IMG/VR virus record: IMGVR_UViG_3300002037_000001
Span: 1-41,402 of that record
Origin: a virus
DNA length: 41,402 nucleotides
Strand: one strand, 5' to 3'
In this document: in pieces, positions 1 through 9,036 of the stretch
Layout: each line of letters begins with the position of its first letter
Numbering within the stretch: the first letter of the stretch is position 1
Notes under the pieces: model-generated
The model's input: only the letters and a program-made list of their open reading frames with translations
Databases searched by the model: none
What the model was told of the DNA's origin: nothing
Translations under genes and position numbers: made by a program

Positions 1-49
1 AGAAAGATAGAGCGGAGACAGTAGATAAGAAAGCTTCGGCTTTTAAGAA
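1..49. repeat. 49-bp terminal overlap, identical to 41354..41402 (circular closure of the assembly)
   Basis: Direct comparison: agaaagatagagcggagacagtagataagaaagcttcggcttttaagaa occurs at both window ends. It lies inside an open reading frame, so it is not a regulatory end repeat. Confidence 0.95.
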
Positions 50-176
50 AATGGTTGAAGCAGGAGCAGACCAAGAGCAGGCAGCAGCAGAGGCGGGCTT
101 AGAATTAGACACATTCACCGAGCCTAAAAATTTAGGAGGCTCTAAAACTAATGGGGATGGCGAAGCAACTGAGTGA
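1..176 (+). CDS. portal protein, C-terminal end (continues from 40264..41402 across the junction)
   Basis: Frame 3 is open from the window edge to TGA at 174-176. It joins in frame with the ORF opening at ATG 40264 once the 49-bp overlap is collapsed, giving about 421 aa. Gene order is terL, this ORF, protease, capsid. Confidence 0.7.
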   Translation, partial: KDRAETVDKKASAFKKMVEAGADQEQAAAEAGLELDTFTEPKNLGGSKTNGDGEATE

Positions 177-268
177 TAAATTAAAGAAAGCGGCTTACGT
201 GCAATCACTAGAGCAGCAAGGTATTAACGTGGATTCTTTGAAAAGGGATTTACTTAAAAAGAACAAAA

Positions 269-1117
269 ATGTTAACAGCGAAAGAGTTTCCAAATAGAAG
301 TTTTGCAACTAAGCAAGAACTGTATACCGCACTTAGGGAAAATAAAACATTCCTAATACAGCAGAAAAAAAGCACCATAAAAACAGCAGACGCTGTGGAC
401 TTTTACCCTATTGTAGACGCGCCTGGACATGTGGACGGCATAAGTTCTAAGATGTTAACTAAAAATATCATCGACCCCGCTACGGCGACGTCACTAACGA
501 TGAAATTAGCCATAAATACAACTAATTTGCTAGACAGCCACTCAGACGTACATATCCCAGGATTGTGGACTAAAAGCCTGAAGGTGACTAAAAATAGGTA
601 CCACTTACAAGAGCATCAAATGAAATTCGATAAAATCATTACAGATGATGTGCAAGCAACAGCAAAGACTGTGACGTGGAAAGACTTAGGAGCTGAGTAT
701 GAGGGTAAAACTCAGGTCCTTACATATAAAGTTACTATAAGTAAGGATAGAAACCCCTTCATGTTTGAGCAGTATGCAAAAGGATACGTGAAAAATCATT
801 CGGTAGGAATGCGATACATGAAGATTTTCTTAGCCATAAATAGCGAACATAAGTACGATGTTGAGGAGAAAGAGATTTGGGATAAATATATAGACGCTAT
901 AGCGAACAAAGAGGACGCAGAAGCGCAGGGGTATTTCTGGGCAGTTACAGAGGCCAAGGAAATTGAAGGGAGTGCAGTACCTATGGGGAGCAACCCTATC
1001 ACCCCGACTATGACAATAGAAAGCGATAAAGGAGCAGTTGAAGACACTCCAGAAAATAAAGGAGCAGCAGAAGGCACTCCTTCGGATAGCAGTAATTTTT
1101 TCAAAAATTTAATTTAA
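269..1117 (+). CDS. prohead maturation protease (HK97-type), putative
   Basis: The 282-aa ORF lies between portal and major capsid. It has an LLDSHSDVHIPGLW segment resembling the His region of prohead serine proteases. There is no separate scaffold gene and the capsid protein carries a delta domain. The motif match is weak; the call rests mainly on position. Confidence 0.55.
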   Translation: MLTAKEFPNRSFATKQELYTALRENKTFLIQQKKSTIKTADAVDFYPIVDAPGHVDGISSKMLTKNIIDPATATSLTMKLAINTTNLLDSHSDVHIPGLWTKSLKVTKNRYHLQEHQMKFDKIITDDVQATAKTVTWKDLGAEYEGKTQVLTYKVTISKDRNPFMFEQYAKGYVKNHSVGMRYMKIFLAINSEHKYDVEEKEIWDKYIDAIANKEDAEAQGYFWAVTEAKEIEGSAVPMGSNPITPTMTIESDKGAVEDTPENKGAAEGTPSDSSNFFKNLI

Positions 1118-1128
1118 AAAGTAAAAAG

Positions 1129-2397
1129 ATGTTTAGAACTTACGAACAGTGGTTGGCGGACAAAGGAGTGTCGAAAGAACAGTACGCGACTAAAGATGCG
1201 GCGGAGATGGCTGCACTACAAAAAGATTACTTACAATATGTAAGTACAGAAATGCAAAAGGCGGAAAAAGCTCCGACCTTAGAGCAAGTTATCGAAGGAT
1301 TAAAAGAGGATAAGGATTTCCAAACAGGGATGACTAAGACGGAGAAAGAGAATTTCGAAACTCGTTTGGAGGAAGCAGAGCAGAAAGCTGCTCAAGCAAT
1401 CGAAGGATTACAAGGCGGAGAAGCTGAAAAAGTTACTTTAGCTAAAGCGATTGAGGCTAATAAGACAGAGATTAAGAATTTAGTTTCTGGGATTACTTCG
1501 AAAGAGGTAGTACTTAAAGCGGACACGTTGAGGTCTAGTATTGCGACTAATATCAGCGGATACGTTCTTCCAGACATCGGGCAATTAGGGGTTAAAAAGC
1601 CAGGATTGTACGATGTTCTCCCAAAAGTAGGTCTTCCAAAAGGAAACCACGGAGGGATTATTAAGTACGTGGATTGGGATGAAGCTACAATCGCAAGAGC
1701 GGCGGCGGCAGTTGCTGAAGGTTCGGCTTTCCCAGAGTCTGAGGCTAAATTCAAAGGATACACTAAGGAATTAGTTAAGATAGGGGACACCCTACCAGTA
1801 TCCGAGGAATTTGGAGAGGACGAAGTTACTGCAGCAGCAGAACTAGAAATGTTCTTGGATACTAATGTTAAGTCTAAAAGAGACGCCGAGCTAGTTAACG
1901 GTCCAGGAACAGCAGGGAACATCGAGGGACTTGTAGCGGCAGCTCCTGCATACGTACCTGTAGCATTTGGAATTGTTGCTCCAAATATTTACGACTTAGT
2001 AAAGAAGGTTAAGACTTCTATTACTACGGACAGAGGGTCTAAGTACGCGCCTGACATGGTTGTTATGAACGACAACACTGCAGACGACTTGCACCTTACT
2101 AAAGATGCAAACGAAAACTATATATTTCCTGATACTGATTCTATCGGCTCAATGATTATCGTTATAGATAACAACATGGCTGACAACGTGCTAGTAGTGG
2201 GAGACCGTAGATTCGCAAGAATATACGAATTAGCGGGAGTAGTTCTTTCGAGAGGCCTTAAAGGAGACCAATTCGTGGAGGACATGGAGACGTTAAAAGC
2301 GAGAACGAGATTATTACTACTTATCAGAAATGTAGATAAGACTGGTTTCGCTAAAGTGACGGACATAGACGCGGCATTAACTACGTTAGGGTCGTAA
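1129..2397 (+). CDS. major capsid protein, HK97 fold with N-terminal delta (scaffolding) domain
   Basis: 422 aa. The N-terminal ~100 aa are charged and coiled-coil-like (EKENFETRLEEAEQKAAQAIEGL), followed by a globular region typical of HK97-like capsids. It sits after the protease and has the strong A-rich leader aaaagtaaaaagATG. Confidence 0.85.
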   Translation: MFRTYEQWLADKGVSKEQYATKDAAEMAALQKDYLQYVSTEMQKAEKAPTLEQVIEGLKEDKDFQTGMTKTEKENFETRLEEAEQKAAQAIEGLQGGEAEKVTLAKAIEANKTEIKNLVSGITSKEVVLKADTLRSSIATNISGYVLPDIGQLGVKKPGLYDVLPKVGLPKGNHGGIIKYVDWDEATIARAAAAVAEGSAFPESEAKFKGYTKELVKIGDTLPVSEEFGEDEVTAAAELEMFLDTNVKSKRDAELVNGPGTAGNIEGLVAAAPAYVPVAFGIVAPNIYDLVKKVKTSITTDRGSKYAPDMVVMNDNTADDLHLTKDANENYIFPDTDSIGSMIIVIDNNMADNVLVVGDRRFARIYELAGVVLSRGLKGDQFVEDMETLKARTRLLLLIRNVDKTGFAKVTDIDAALTTLGS

Positions 2398-2419
2398 TTT
2401 TTAAAAACATATTAAAGTT

Positions 2420-2767
2420 ATGGCAAGAGCGATAAAATTTAAGAAAGGATACGGCCAGGTAAAGGTTAAAGGCAAGGGATTAGTAGGGGGCTTCAGAAAA
2501 GACGAAGTCTGGCCTACATGTTCTGCGGCACTAGCACAAAAGTTGGTATCCAAAGGGGCAGCCGAATTTGTAGAAGGAGGGTCAGGAGACGTCATTCCTA
2601 ACAAAGTTAAGAAGGCAACCGAAATAGTTAACTCTGCTAAAGAGGAGGCGAAGGCTATTATAGACGACGCCGAGAAAAAAGCGGAAGAAATAATCCAAGC
2701 AGCGACGGACTTAACAAGTACCGACGGCGAAGGAGGAGACGGGAACCCAGGCGGAGACCTAGAATAG
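2420..2767 (+). CDS. hypothetical protein (head-associated by position)
   Basis: 115-aa ORF directly after the capsid gene, with a charged helical C-terminal half and a Gly/Asp-rich tail. No recognisable family. Confidence 0.5.
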   Translation: MARAIKFKKGYGQVKVKGKGLVGGFRKDEVWPTCSAALAQKLVSKGAAEFVEGGSGDVIPNKVKKATEIVNSAKEEAKAIIDDAEKKAEEIIQAATDLTSTDGEGGDGNPGGDLE

Positions 2768-2783
2768 TAAAAACAACAGAAAA

Positions 2784-3311
2784 ATGAGCATAACGAAAGC
2801 TTCAGATTTCACAGCAGAACCTATCAAGATACCCCATGCAGTCAGCCAAGACGCAGGGGTATCTGGTAATGCTGACCTAACAGGGGTGATAGTTGAAAAT
2901 GAAAGAGATTTACTGATTAAACTTTTAGGAGAAACCCAGTATTTTTCATTACAAACAGAACTTGCAAAGTTACCTTTTACCGAGGGGGCTTCCGAAACAG
3001 CTAGCACTATTTACGTAGAGTTAGTTAACGGGAAAGCCAATACCTCTTGGGAGGGACTTAGGGCAATACTGAAAAACTACATATTCTGTAAATGGTTAGA
3101 AGTGGACGAAATCTCAAATCTAGTAACAGGCACAGGAAAAGGAGAAACGGAAGGCTTTACAGTGGCGGACAACTCTGCGAAGTATGTTAGTCGATGGAAT
3201 ATTTTTGTAGAAAAATACAACCAATTGACAGAATACTTGGGGGACTCAGCAGACCTGGACCAGCCCGAAAAATACCCTTATTTTGATTTTAAAAACTCTC
3301 TAGGTATATGA
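2784..3311 (+). CDS. head-tail connector/adaptor candidate
   Basis: 175-aa ORF in the slot between capsid and tail genes. Its stop overlaps the next ORF (ATGA at 3308). Confidence 0.5.
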   Translation: MSITKASDFTAEPIKIPHAVSQDAGVSGNADLTGVIVENERDLLIKLLGETQYFSLQTELAKLPFTEGASETASTIYVELVNGKANTSWEGLRAILKNYIFCKWLEVDEISNLVTGTGKGETEGFTVADNSAKYVSRWNIFVEKYNQLTEYLGDSADLDQPEKYPYFDFKNSLGI

Positions 3312-3826
3312 TTTTCTTCGAGGACATAATGCAGTCAGAAATGGCGTTAATCCCTACTATAGTGATTAACGATGCTGTTTCTCGAAAACCTAGTTTCGGA
3401 TGGGGGTCTACGGCCGACCTTCGAAAGTTTTTAGCAGTGTATAAGGAGGCTCATAGCCCCCTCATTTGGTCGGTTCCGCAAGACGCGGAAGAAATAGAAG
3501 ACCAAGGGAGGTTCACCCGCAAATTAGTTTTAAATTTGTGCGCGGTTGAGAGCGACCAAGACATGTTGAACGGAGTTAGATTACAGCCAGACAAGAGCTT
3601 TAAAAAAATACTTGCCCCATTATGGGAAAGCATAAAGTACAGATTTGAACTGTCTTCCATTTCGATAGAAGATACTTCTCCTGTTAAAATAGGGCTAATC
3701 CCTAACTATAAAGTTCCTAAGAAAGGCTCTTCTGAGAATCAAAGAAATGTACCTTATATCTGGGATGTAATGCGCATATCCTGTCAAGTTACCTATTCGG
3801 AGAGTTATTCTCCATGTAAAAGTTAA
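3308..3826 (+). CDS. head-tail joining / tail completion candidate
   Basis: 172-aa ORF translationally coupled to the previous gene and immediately upstream of the major tail protein. Position-based call only. Confidence 0.5.
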   Translation: MIFFEDIMQSEMALIPTIVINDAVSRKPSFGWGSTADLRKFLAVYKEAHSPLIWSVPQDAEEIEDQGRFTRKLVLNLCAVESDQDMLNGVRLQPDKSFKKILAPLWESIKYRFELSSISIEDTSPVKIGLIPNYKVPKKGSSENQRNVPYIWDVMRISCQVTYSESYSPCKS

Positions 3827-3852
3827 ATTATTAATGTTTAAAAGTTAAAAAG

Positions 3853-4755
3853 ATGTCAAAATATACAGAAGCATCGGGGGGCGGCGCAAACGCTAAAGTT
3901 GTCGCTACTGGTGGGATTAACGATAAAGGTCTAGTAGGCGCGTATAAGCGTGTCTTCTTTGCGGAGGGGGACCAAGAGTTTGCGAGCATTGCTGCCGCTA
4001 AACTGCAAAATAACTGGGATACTGCAGCGATTTCGGGAGACTTAGTCTACTTAGGTCAATGTAAGTTCGAAGATAACAGCGAAGAAGCACAGTTCTATAC
4101 TGACGCTGCGTTGAATATCAACGAAGAAACTACTGCAGCTACCAAAGTAATACGTACAACGCAGCAAGTTAATGCGTGTGTGCATGCGGAATTAAAGAAA
4201 ATGGACGGTAAAATCGGAAGAGTTTACATCCAGACTACTACTAGTTTCTTACTAGGTCGCTACGAAGACGACGGGAGCGTGGTAGGTCGTGAGGCTAGAA
4301 TATCAGTGCGTCAAAGAACGTTACCGACTACAGAGCAGCCTGTAGAATACACTATTATCGATATTACTTTCACAGACAATGAGGGCGACGAGCTTAATCC
4401 TATGGAAGCGAAAATCGATTGGTTATTCAGCGAAGTGGACCAGGTGTACCCTTTAACTTCGACGATAGTTAGTGCTACGTCTGACGGGTCGGCAATAACG
4501 GCACAAGTTAAAGTCACTAAAGCGGGAGTGAATAACGCCTTAACGGGAGCAGTTGCTGCCGATTTTGCGGCAGAAAACTCGGAGGGTTCTGCCTTGGCTA
4601 TAGCTTCAGTTACCGAAGGAACGGGGGCGAACGTTGGCACCTACACTATTGAAGTGACAACGACCGAAGACATCGCTTACGTGAAGTTTAGCAGCAGACG
4701 AACAATTTCGGGAAGTACTTACTATTTAGGAAGTACTGAGGTTGCTACCTCATAA
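3853..4755 (+). CDS. major tail protein with C-terminal Ig-like domain, putative
   Basis: 300 aa with the same strong leader as the capsid gene (aaaagttaaaaagATG), lying upstream of the chaperone-position ORFs and tape measure. The C-terminal ~90 aa (SDGSAITAQVKVTKAGV...GTYTIEVTTTEDIAYVKF) has a bacterial Ig-like pattern. Confidence 0.65.
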   Translation: MSKYTEASGGGANAKVVATGGINDKGLVGAYKRVFFAEGDQEFASIAAAKLQNNWDTAAISGDLVYLGQCKFEDNSEEAQFYTDAALNINEETTAATKVIRTTQQVNACVHAELKKMDGKIGRVYIQTTTSFLLGRYEDDGSVVGREARISVRQRTLPTTEQPVEYTIIDITFTDNEGDELNPMEAKIDWLFSEVDQVYPLTSTIVSATSDGSAITAQVKVTKAGVNNALTGAVAADFAAENSEGSALAIASVTEGTGANVGTYTIEVTTTEDIAYVKFSSRRTISGSTYYLGSTEVATS

Positions 4756-4817
4756 CTATAAAGCTCAATAGATAAGTAACCAGTTAAGAACCGAAATAAC
4801 CCGTAAATATAGAAATA

Positions 4818-5012
4818 ATGGCAAAAGAGATAAAAATAAGTTCCGCAATGAAGAAAGGGACTCGCGCTGCAGCCGAGAAAGTTCTGAAAAAGAACTACTC
4901 AAAACCCGAACACCAGAAAAGCATAGAAGCTTGTTTGGCTAAAAATTTCCCTAAAGATGGCGACACTGGCGCAAGTAAGGAACAACCTATCAAAGGTAAG
5001 GAACAAAAATAA
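4818..5012 (+). CDS. hypothetical Lys-rich small protein
   Basis: 64-aa ORF with an ATG start. It overlaps the next ORF by 56 nt, so either it or the next start is uncertain. Confidence 0.35.
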   Translation: MAKEIKISSAMKKGTRAAAEKVLKKNYSKPEHQKSIEACLAKNFPKDGDTGASKEQPIKGKEQK

Positions 5013-5433
5013 AATATATAAGATAGTGCTTCAGACCGCTAAAAAGTTTGAAGCTTATCTTATTGATTTAAACCAAATACAGCTCTCGGAAGGGATTAAC
5101 ATAAAAGGGCAAAAAATAGGGCAGTACTCCCCGAATACTGAAAAAATAGCGGCCAAAGAGAATACCAGGCAGCCGAAAACAGCAGGGAGCGATTACAATT
5201 TCGAGTGGTCCGGAGAACTTTTCGACGGAATGTATTTGCAGTTAGATTCTAGTACCTTCTCCATATTTAGTTCTGCAGAACACGCGACCCTAGTGGCGGA
5301 GAAATACGGGGATTTATTCGGAAAAAATAGTATTTTTGGATTGACCGAAAGAAGTTTAATTGAATTTGTGCAGGAAAAACTCATACCTGAACTCCAGAGA
5401 GAAATATGCAAAGAGCTGAAATTAAGAAATTAA
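4957..5433 (+). CDS. tail assembly chaperone candidate (G position)
   Basis: 158-aa ORF between the major tail protein and tape measure. Position-based call. Confidence 0.5.
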   Translation: MATLAQVRNNLSKVRNKNKIYKIVLQTAKKFEAYLIDLNQIQLSEGINIKGQKIGQYSPNTEKIAAKENTRQPKTAGSDYNFEWSGELFDGMYLQLDSSTFSIFSSAEHATLVAEKYGDLFGKNSIFGLTERSLIEFVQEKLIPELQREICKELKLRN

Positions 5434-5978
5434 AATACGAAGACTTTCCAGTACGATTGTTCTTCTATCTCTTGTCTAAAGAAGACGCTCTTGCGTGTAG
5501 ATTTCTAGGGGAACATAAATGGCAGGGATTGAAAACAAGATGGGAGCAAAACGATACTTCTCTGGCATCTTCCAGACTTTTAGAAGACCAAAAGAGAACC
5601 ATACTTCCTTTAATTAAAGCACAGAAAGGCACTTTAGCTCTTCGGTGGTTGGGGGCGACCCTAGTAGACCCTAAAGAGTTATTTTTAGAGATTGGGCTTC
5701 CTTGGGACGACGATAAGGGTAAACTTATTGACGCCTTACAAAAATACATCCAGAAAAATACTTCTCAATATGAGAATAACCTAATCCAACTAAAAGCAAA
5801 CCAAGAGGACAGCGAAAGCAACAAGGCAAAACTGTCCGCTGAAGAATTTACTATCGACGACGCTATTGCTACGTTAAACCTAGCGGGATTCTCGATACCA
5901 AACCCAGATAAATTAACAATCGGGCAATATAAAGCCATGAACAAAGCAATTAAAGATGGCAGGAGAAGGCAAAGTTAG
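5406..5978 (+). CDS. tail assembly chaperone candidate (T position)
   Basis: 190-aa ORF in the -1 frame relative to 4957..5433, overlapping it by 28 nt and overlapping the tape measure start. It has its own ATG. Confidence 0.5.
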   Translation: MQRAEIKKLKYEDFPVRLFFYLLSKEDALACRFLGEHKWQGLKTRWEQNDTSLASSRLLEDQKRTILPLIKAQKGTLALRWLGATLVDPKELFLEIGLPWDDDKGKLIDALQKYIQKNTSQYENNLIQLKANQEDSESNKAKLSAEEFTIDDAIATLNLAGFSIPNPDKLTIGQYKAMNKAIKDGRRRQS

Positions 5979-8900
5979 AGGCGAAGACTTAATCGAAGAC
6001 GGCGTATTTAAGCAATTAGATAGGCTAGATGATACTATAGTGGGGTTGATAAAGAGAATGAACACTCTTGAAACTTCCACCAGGTCCGCATTAGGTGGGT
6101 CAGAGGTGGCCTCCAATGCTGCAGAAACCGAAAAAGCTGCAGGAAGAGCAAACAAAGCCCTAACTGAACAGGAAAGAGTACTTAGGGAACTGGCTCGCGT
6201 TCGTGAGAGAAACACCAAAGTTACACAGGATAGCCTGCGCCAACTCACGGAGGAGAGACTAAAAAGACAACAACTAAATAAAGCATTAAAAGACGAGGCC
6301 GTAGCGTCTACTTCTCTGTCCCGAGCGTACACCGCATTGAGGAAGCAGAGAGACCTGGCCGCTAATTCTTTACGAGACTTAATTGCCTCGGAGAAAGCCT
6401 CTAACCGTGAAATAAGAAAGGCACAACGGGAGTTTGACCGACTTAACGGTAAAGTTAGAAAAGCAGACAGGGCGATAGACAATTTCAGGGATAACGTAGG
6501 GAATTACGGAACAGCCACGAGAAGGATAGTTGGGTTTACAGGGCAGCTTATTGCCGCTTTTGGGGTTTACTCTGCACTAGAAATCGGCCGAGAAATATTC
6601 GACCAAGTAAAGCAACTAAATGCTTTAGACGCGAGTTTAAAACAAGTAACAGACTCCCAAGAAAGTTACAACCAAGCACAATCTTTTTTAGATGATTTAG
6701 CAGACAGAGCAGGGGCGGACATAATAGTACTGACTCAAAGATATGTTAATTTTGCGGCTGCAGCTAATCAGACTAATCTGTCCCTAGAGCAAACACAAGG
6801 AATCTACAAAAACATAGTTTTGGCGGGGGCTGTTCTGGGTAAAAGTACCGACGACGTGAATGGCTCATTAAGGGCTTTAGAGCAGATATTATCTAAAGGA
6901 AAGGTACAAGCCGAGGAGCTTAGAGGTCAGCTCGGTGAGCGTCTTCCTGGGGCCTTCCAAATATTAGAGAAAGCTTTAGGTCTAGCAAACGGAGAACTTA
7001 ACGAAGTTTTAGAAACTGGAGGGCTTCTTAGTACGGAAGCGATTCCTGCTCTAACTCAGGGTTTAAATGAGGCTTTTAGTTTAGATACTGTGGACAGAGT
7101 GGAAACTTTGGCAGCCAACCAAGCAAGACTTACAAATGAATTTACCCTATTTATCCGTCAGATAGAAGAGGGGAATGGCGTCCTATCCTCTTTCTTTTCG
7201 GGAGCGATAGAGTTTTTAACGGCATCAATCAAAGGTTTCAGGATATTAAACCGTTCGGCTGCTGAGAACCGCGAAGAGTTTGCAAAACTCACTGAAGCGC
7301 AGTCTTTCACGGATACCATGAAAAGTATGCGAGAGGAAGCAGACAGCACGGGGCAATCTTTGGACGGAGTTGCTAGGAGTTTGCAATCTGATTTTAGAGA
7401 CCAACTAAACCAGGCAAAAAGCCAAATTTCGGGACTTAAATCACAGTTAGAAGAACTTAAAAAACTAAATCCGAGGATAGCAGGGCGAAGAAGGAGCGCA
7501 CTGAATAGAGAGCTTGAAATCGCTATTAAAAAAGAAGCATTATACGAGGGGGGTCTGAGGGCAGTACTTGATGTGTTGAAGAAGCACAACGACGCAAATA
7601 AAGAACTAACAACAACAACACAACAAAACAATGATACTTTAGAAGCTCTTAGGGAGAAGTTATCGAATTTGAAAAAAGAGTTCGACACGACCGACTTTAA
7701 AACAGCTAGATTCAAAGAACTGCGCGGGGAAATAAAAGAATTAGAGGCATTAATCCGAAGACTCTCAGGAACTTATCGGAAGGCTAAAAAAGACCAAGAC
7801 GCATACCTCGCTGTAGACTCTATCAAATTCGCAGAAAAACTACTGTCAGGATTCAAAAAAGCTCGTGACGAGGTAAATGTAGGGTCTGAGGCTTGGTTTT
7901 TCTACAAAACGCAAGTAGAAGAGACGGAAGCCGCTCTCCAGGACCTGAAAGACACCGCAGCCATCTTGTCTGGTGATTTGTCGTCTATCATAGAACCTGA
8001 CGAGGAGTTTAACCCAAACGAGATATTCGATTTCCTTAACAATGAGGGGTTAGATGTTATTTTGGCGGATTTTAGTAATAAGTTCAAACTTAATAAGGAG
8101 GAGCTTATAGAAGAGTATATCGACATATACGGACGAGATTTCGCTAAATTTAAAGAATTTGAAGAGAATAAATTAGAAGCTTTAAGGTTAATAGAGGATG
8201 AAAAATTAGCATTAAGACAAAAAACTATTGAGTTAGCAGACGAACTATCCTCTGCTTTCCTTGAAATACAAATAGCTAGACTAGACGAGGAACTAGAGAA
8301 CCAAAACGCCATATACGAAAAAGTCGCTAACAATAAAGAGAGTTCAGACGAAGCTATCGCTTTGGCGGAGAAAGATAGGGACGCAAAAGAGAAGAAAATA
8401 GAAAAAGAGAAGCAAAAAAGGGAGACACAGGCATTTCTATTCAGACAGGCGCTAGCCGTTGCTGATATATTTTTGGCGGACTCTTTAGCTAGAGCAAATG
8501 CAGTGGCGTCTACTGCGGCGATTATTCCGTATCTTCCTTTAGGGGCAGCAACTCTGGCCACGCTACAAGGACTCATAACCACTAACACTGCTTTTTCTCT
8601 TGGAACCGTACTTGCTCAAACAGTCCCTAAATTGTTCTATATGGGTAAAGGGGTAGGAGACGAATACTCAGGGGATGCAATTTGGGGGGAACTTCAACGA
8701 GAGGTAAAAGTTAGCAAGGACGGACACATAGAGGTGTCTCCTGATAGAGCTGCCCCTACCACAGTAAAGTCTAGCGACATAATTTTAAAGTCTATGGGGG
8801 ACTTCAAACACCAGTTAGGGCTTTCAGGTTCGGAGACTTCAAAACGTATTCGTAAAGGGCTAAAGCACAATAATTCAGAAAATTTAAGTATATTAACTAA

Positions 8901-9036
8901 TGAAAGAAGCGGAAAGGCCAATCAAAACATAGGAGAGTTAGTGTCTGAGGCTGTGGAGAGAGGGCTAGCGAAAGCCAAATTCTTTTCTAAATTCAAAGTT
9001 ACTAATGAGGATACAAAAATTACTAGAGTACCATGA
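5956..9036 (+). CDS. tail tape measure protein
   Basis: 1026 aa, the largest ORF, with extensive coiled-coil and charged repeats. It has the conserved tape-measure core LRALEQILSKGKVQAEELRGQLGERLPGAFQILEKALG and hydrophobic segments near aa 190-210 and 830-880. It lies upstream of the tail tip genes. Confidence 0.9.
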   Translation: MAGEGKVRGEDLIEDGVFKQLDRLDDTIVGLIKRMNTLETSTRSALGGSEVASNAAETEKAAGRANKALTEQERVLRELARVRERNTKVTQDSLRQLTEERLKRQQLNKALKDEAVASTSLSRAYTALRKQRDLAANSLRDLIASEKASNREIRKAQREFDRLNGKVRKADRAIDNFRDNVGNYGTATRRIVGFTGQLIAAFGVYSALEIGREIFDQVKQLNALDASLKQVTDSQESYNQAQSFLDDLADRAGADIIVLTQRYVNFAAAANQTNLSLEQTQGIYKNIVLAGAVLGKSTDDVNGSLRALEQILSKGKVQAEELRGQLGERLPGAFQILEKALGLANGELNEVLETGGLLSTEAIPALTQGLNEAFSLDTVDRVETLAANQARLTNEFTLFIRQIEEGNGVLSSFFSGAIEFLTASIKGFRILNRSAAENREEFAKLTEAQSFTDTMKSMREEADSTGQSLDGVARSLQSDFRDQLNQAKSQISGLKSQLEELKKLNPRIAGRRRSALNRELEIAIKKEALYEGGLRAVLDVLKKHNDANKELTTTTQQNNDTLEALREKLSNLKKEFDTTDFKTARFKELRGEIKELEALIRRLSGTYRKAKKDQDAYLAVDSIKFAEKLLSGFKKARDEVNVGSEAWFFYKTQVEETEAALQDLKDTAAILSGDLSSIIEPDEEFNPNEIFDFLNNEGLDVILADFSNKFKLNKEELIEEYIDIYGRDFAKFKEFEENKLEALRLIEDEKLALRQKTIELADELSSAFLEIQIARLDEELENQNAIYEKVANNKESSDEAIALAEKDRDAKEKKIEKEKQKRETQAFLFRQALAVADIFLADSLARANAVASTAAIIPYLPLGAATLATLQGLITTNTAFSLGTVLAQTVPKLFYMGKGVGDEYSGDAIWGELQREVKVSKDGHIEVSPDRAAPTTVKSSDIILKSMGDFKHQLGLSGSETSKRIRKGLKHNNSENLSILTNERSGKANQNIGELVSEAVERGLAKAKFFSKFKVTNEDTKITRVP

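Noticed and set aside
5391-5433. Possible programmed -1 frameshift joining 4957..5433 to 5406..5978, as in G/GT tail assembly chaperones
   Set aside because: The frame relationship (-1) and the position are right. However, the only window open in both frames (5391-5433) contains no X XXY YYZ slippery heptamer, and the downstream ORF has its own ATG. I cannot support a frameshift from the sequence alone.
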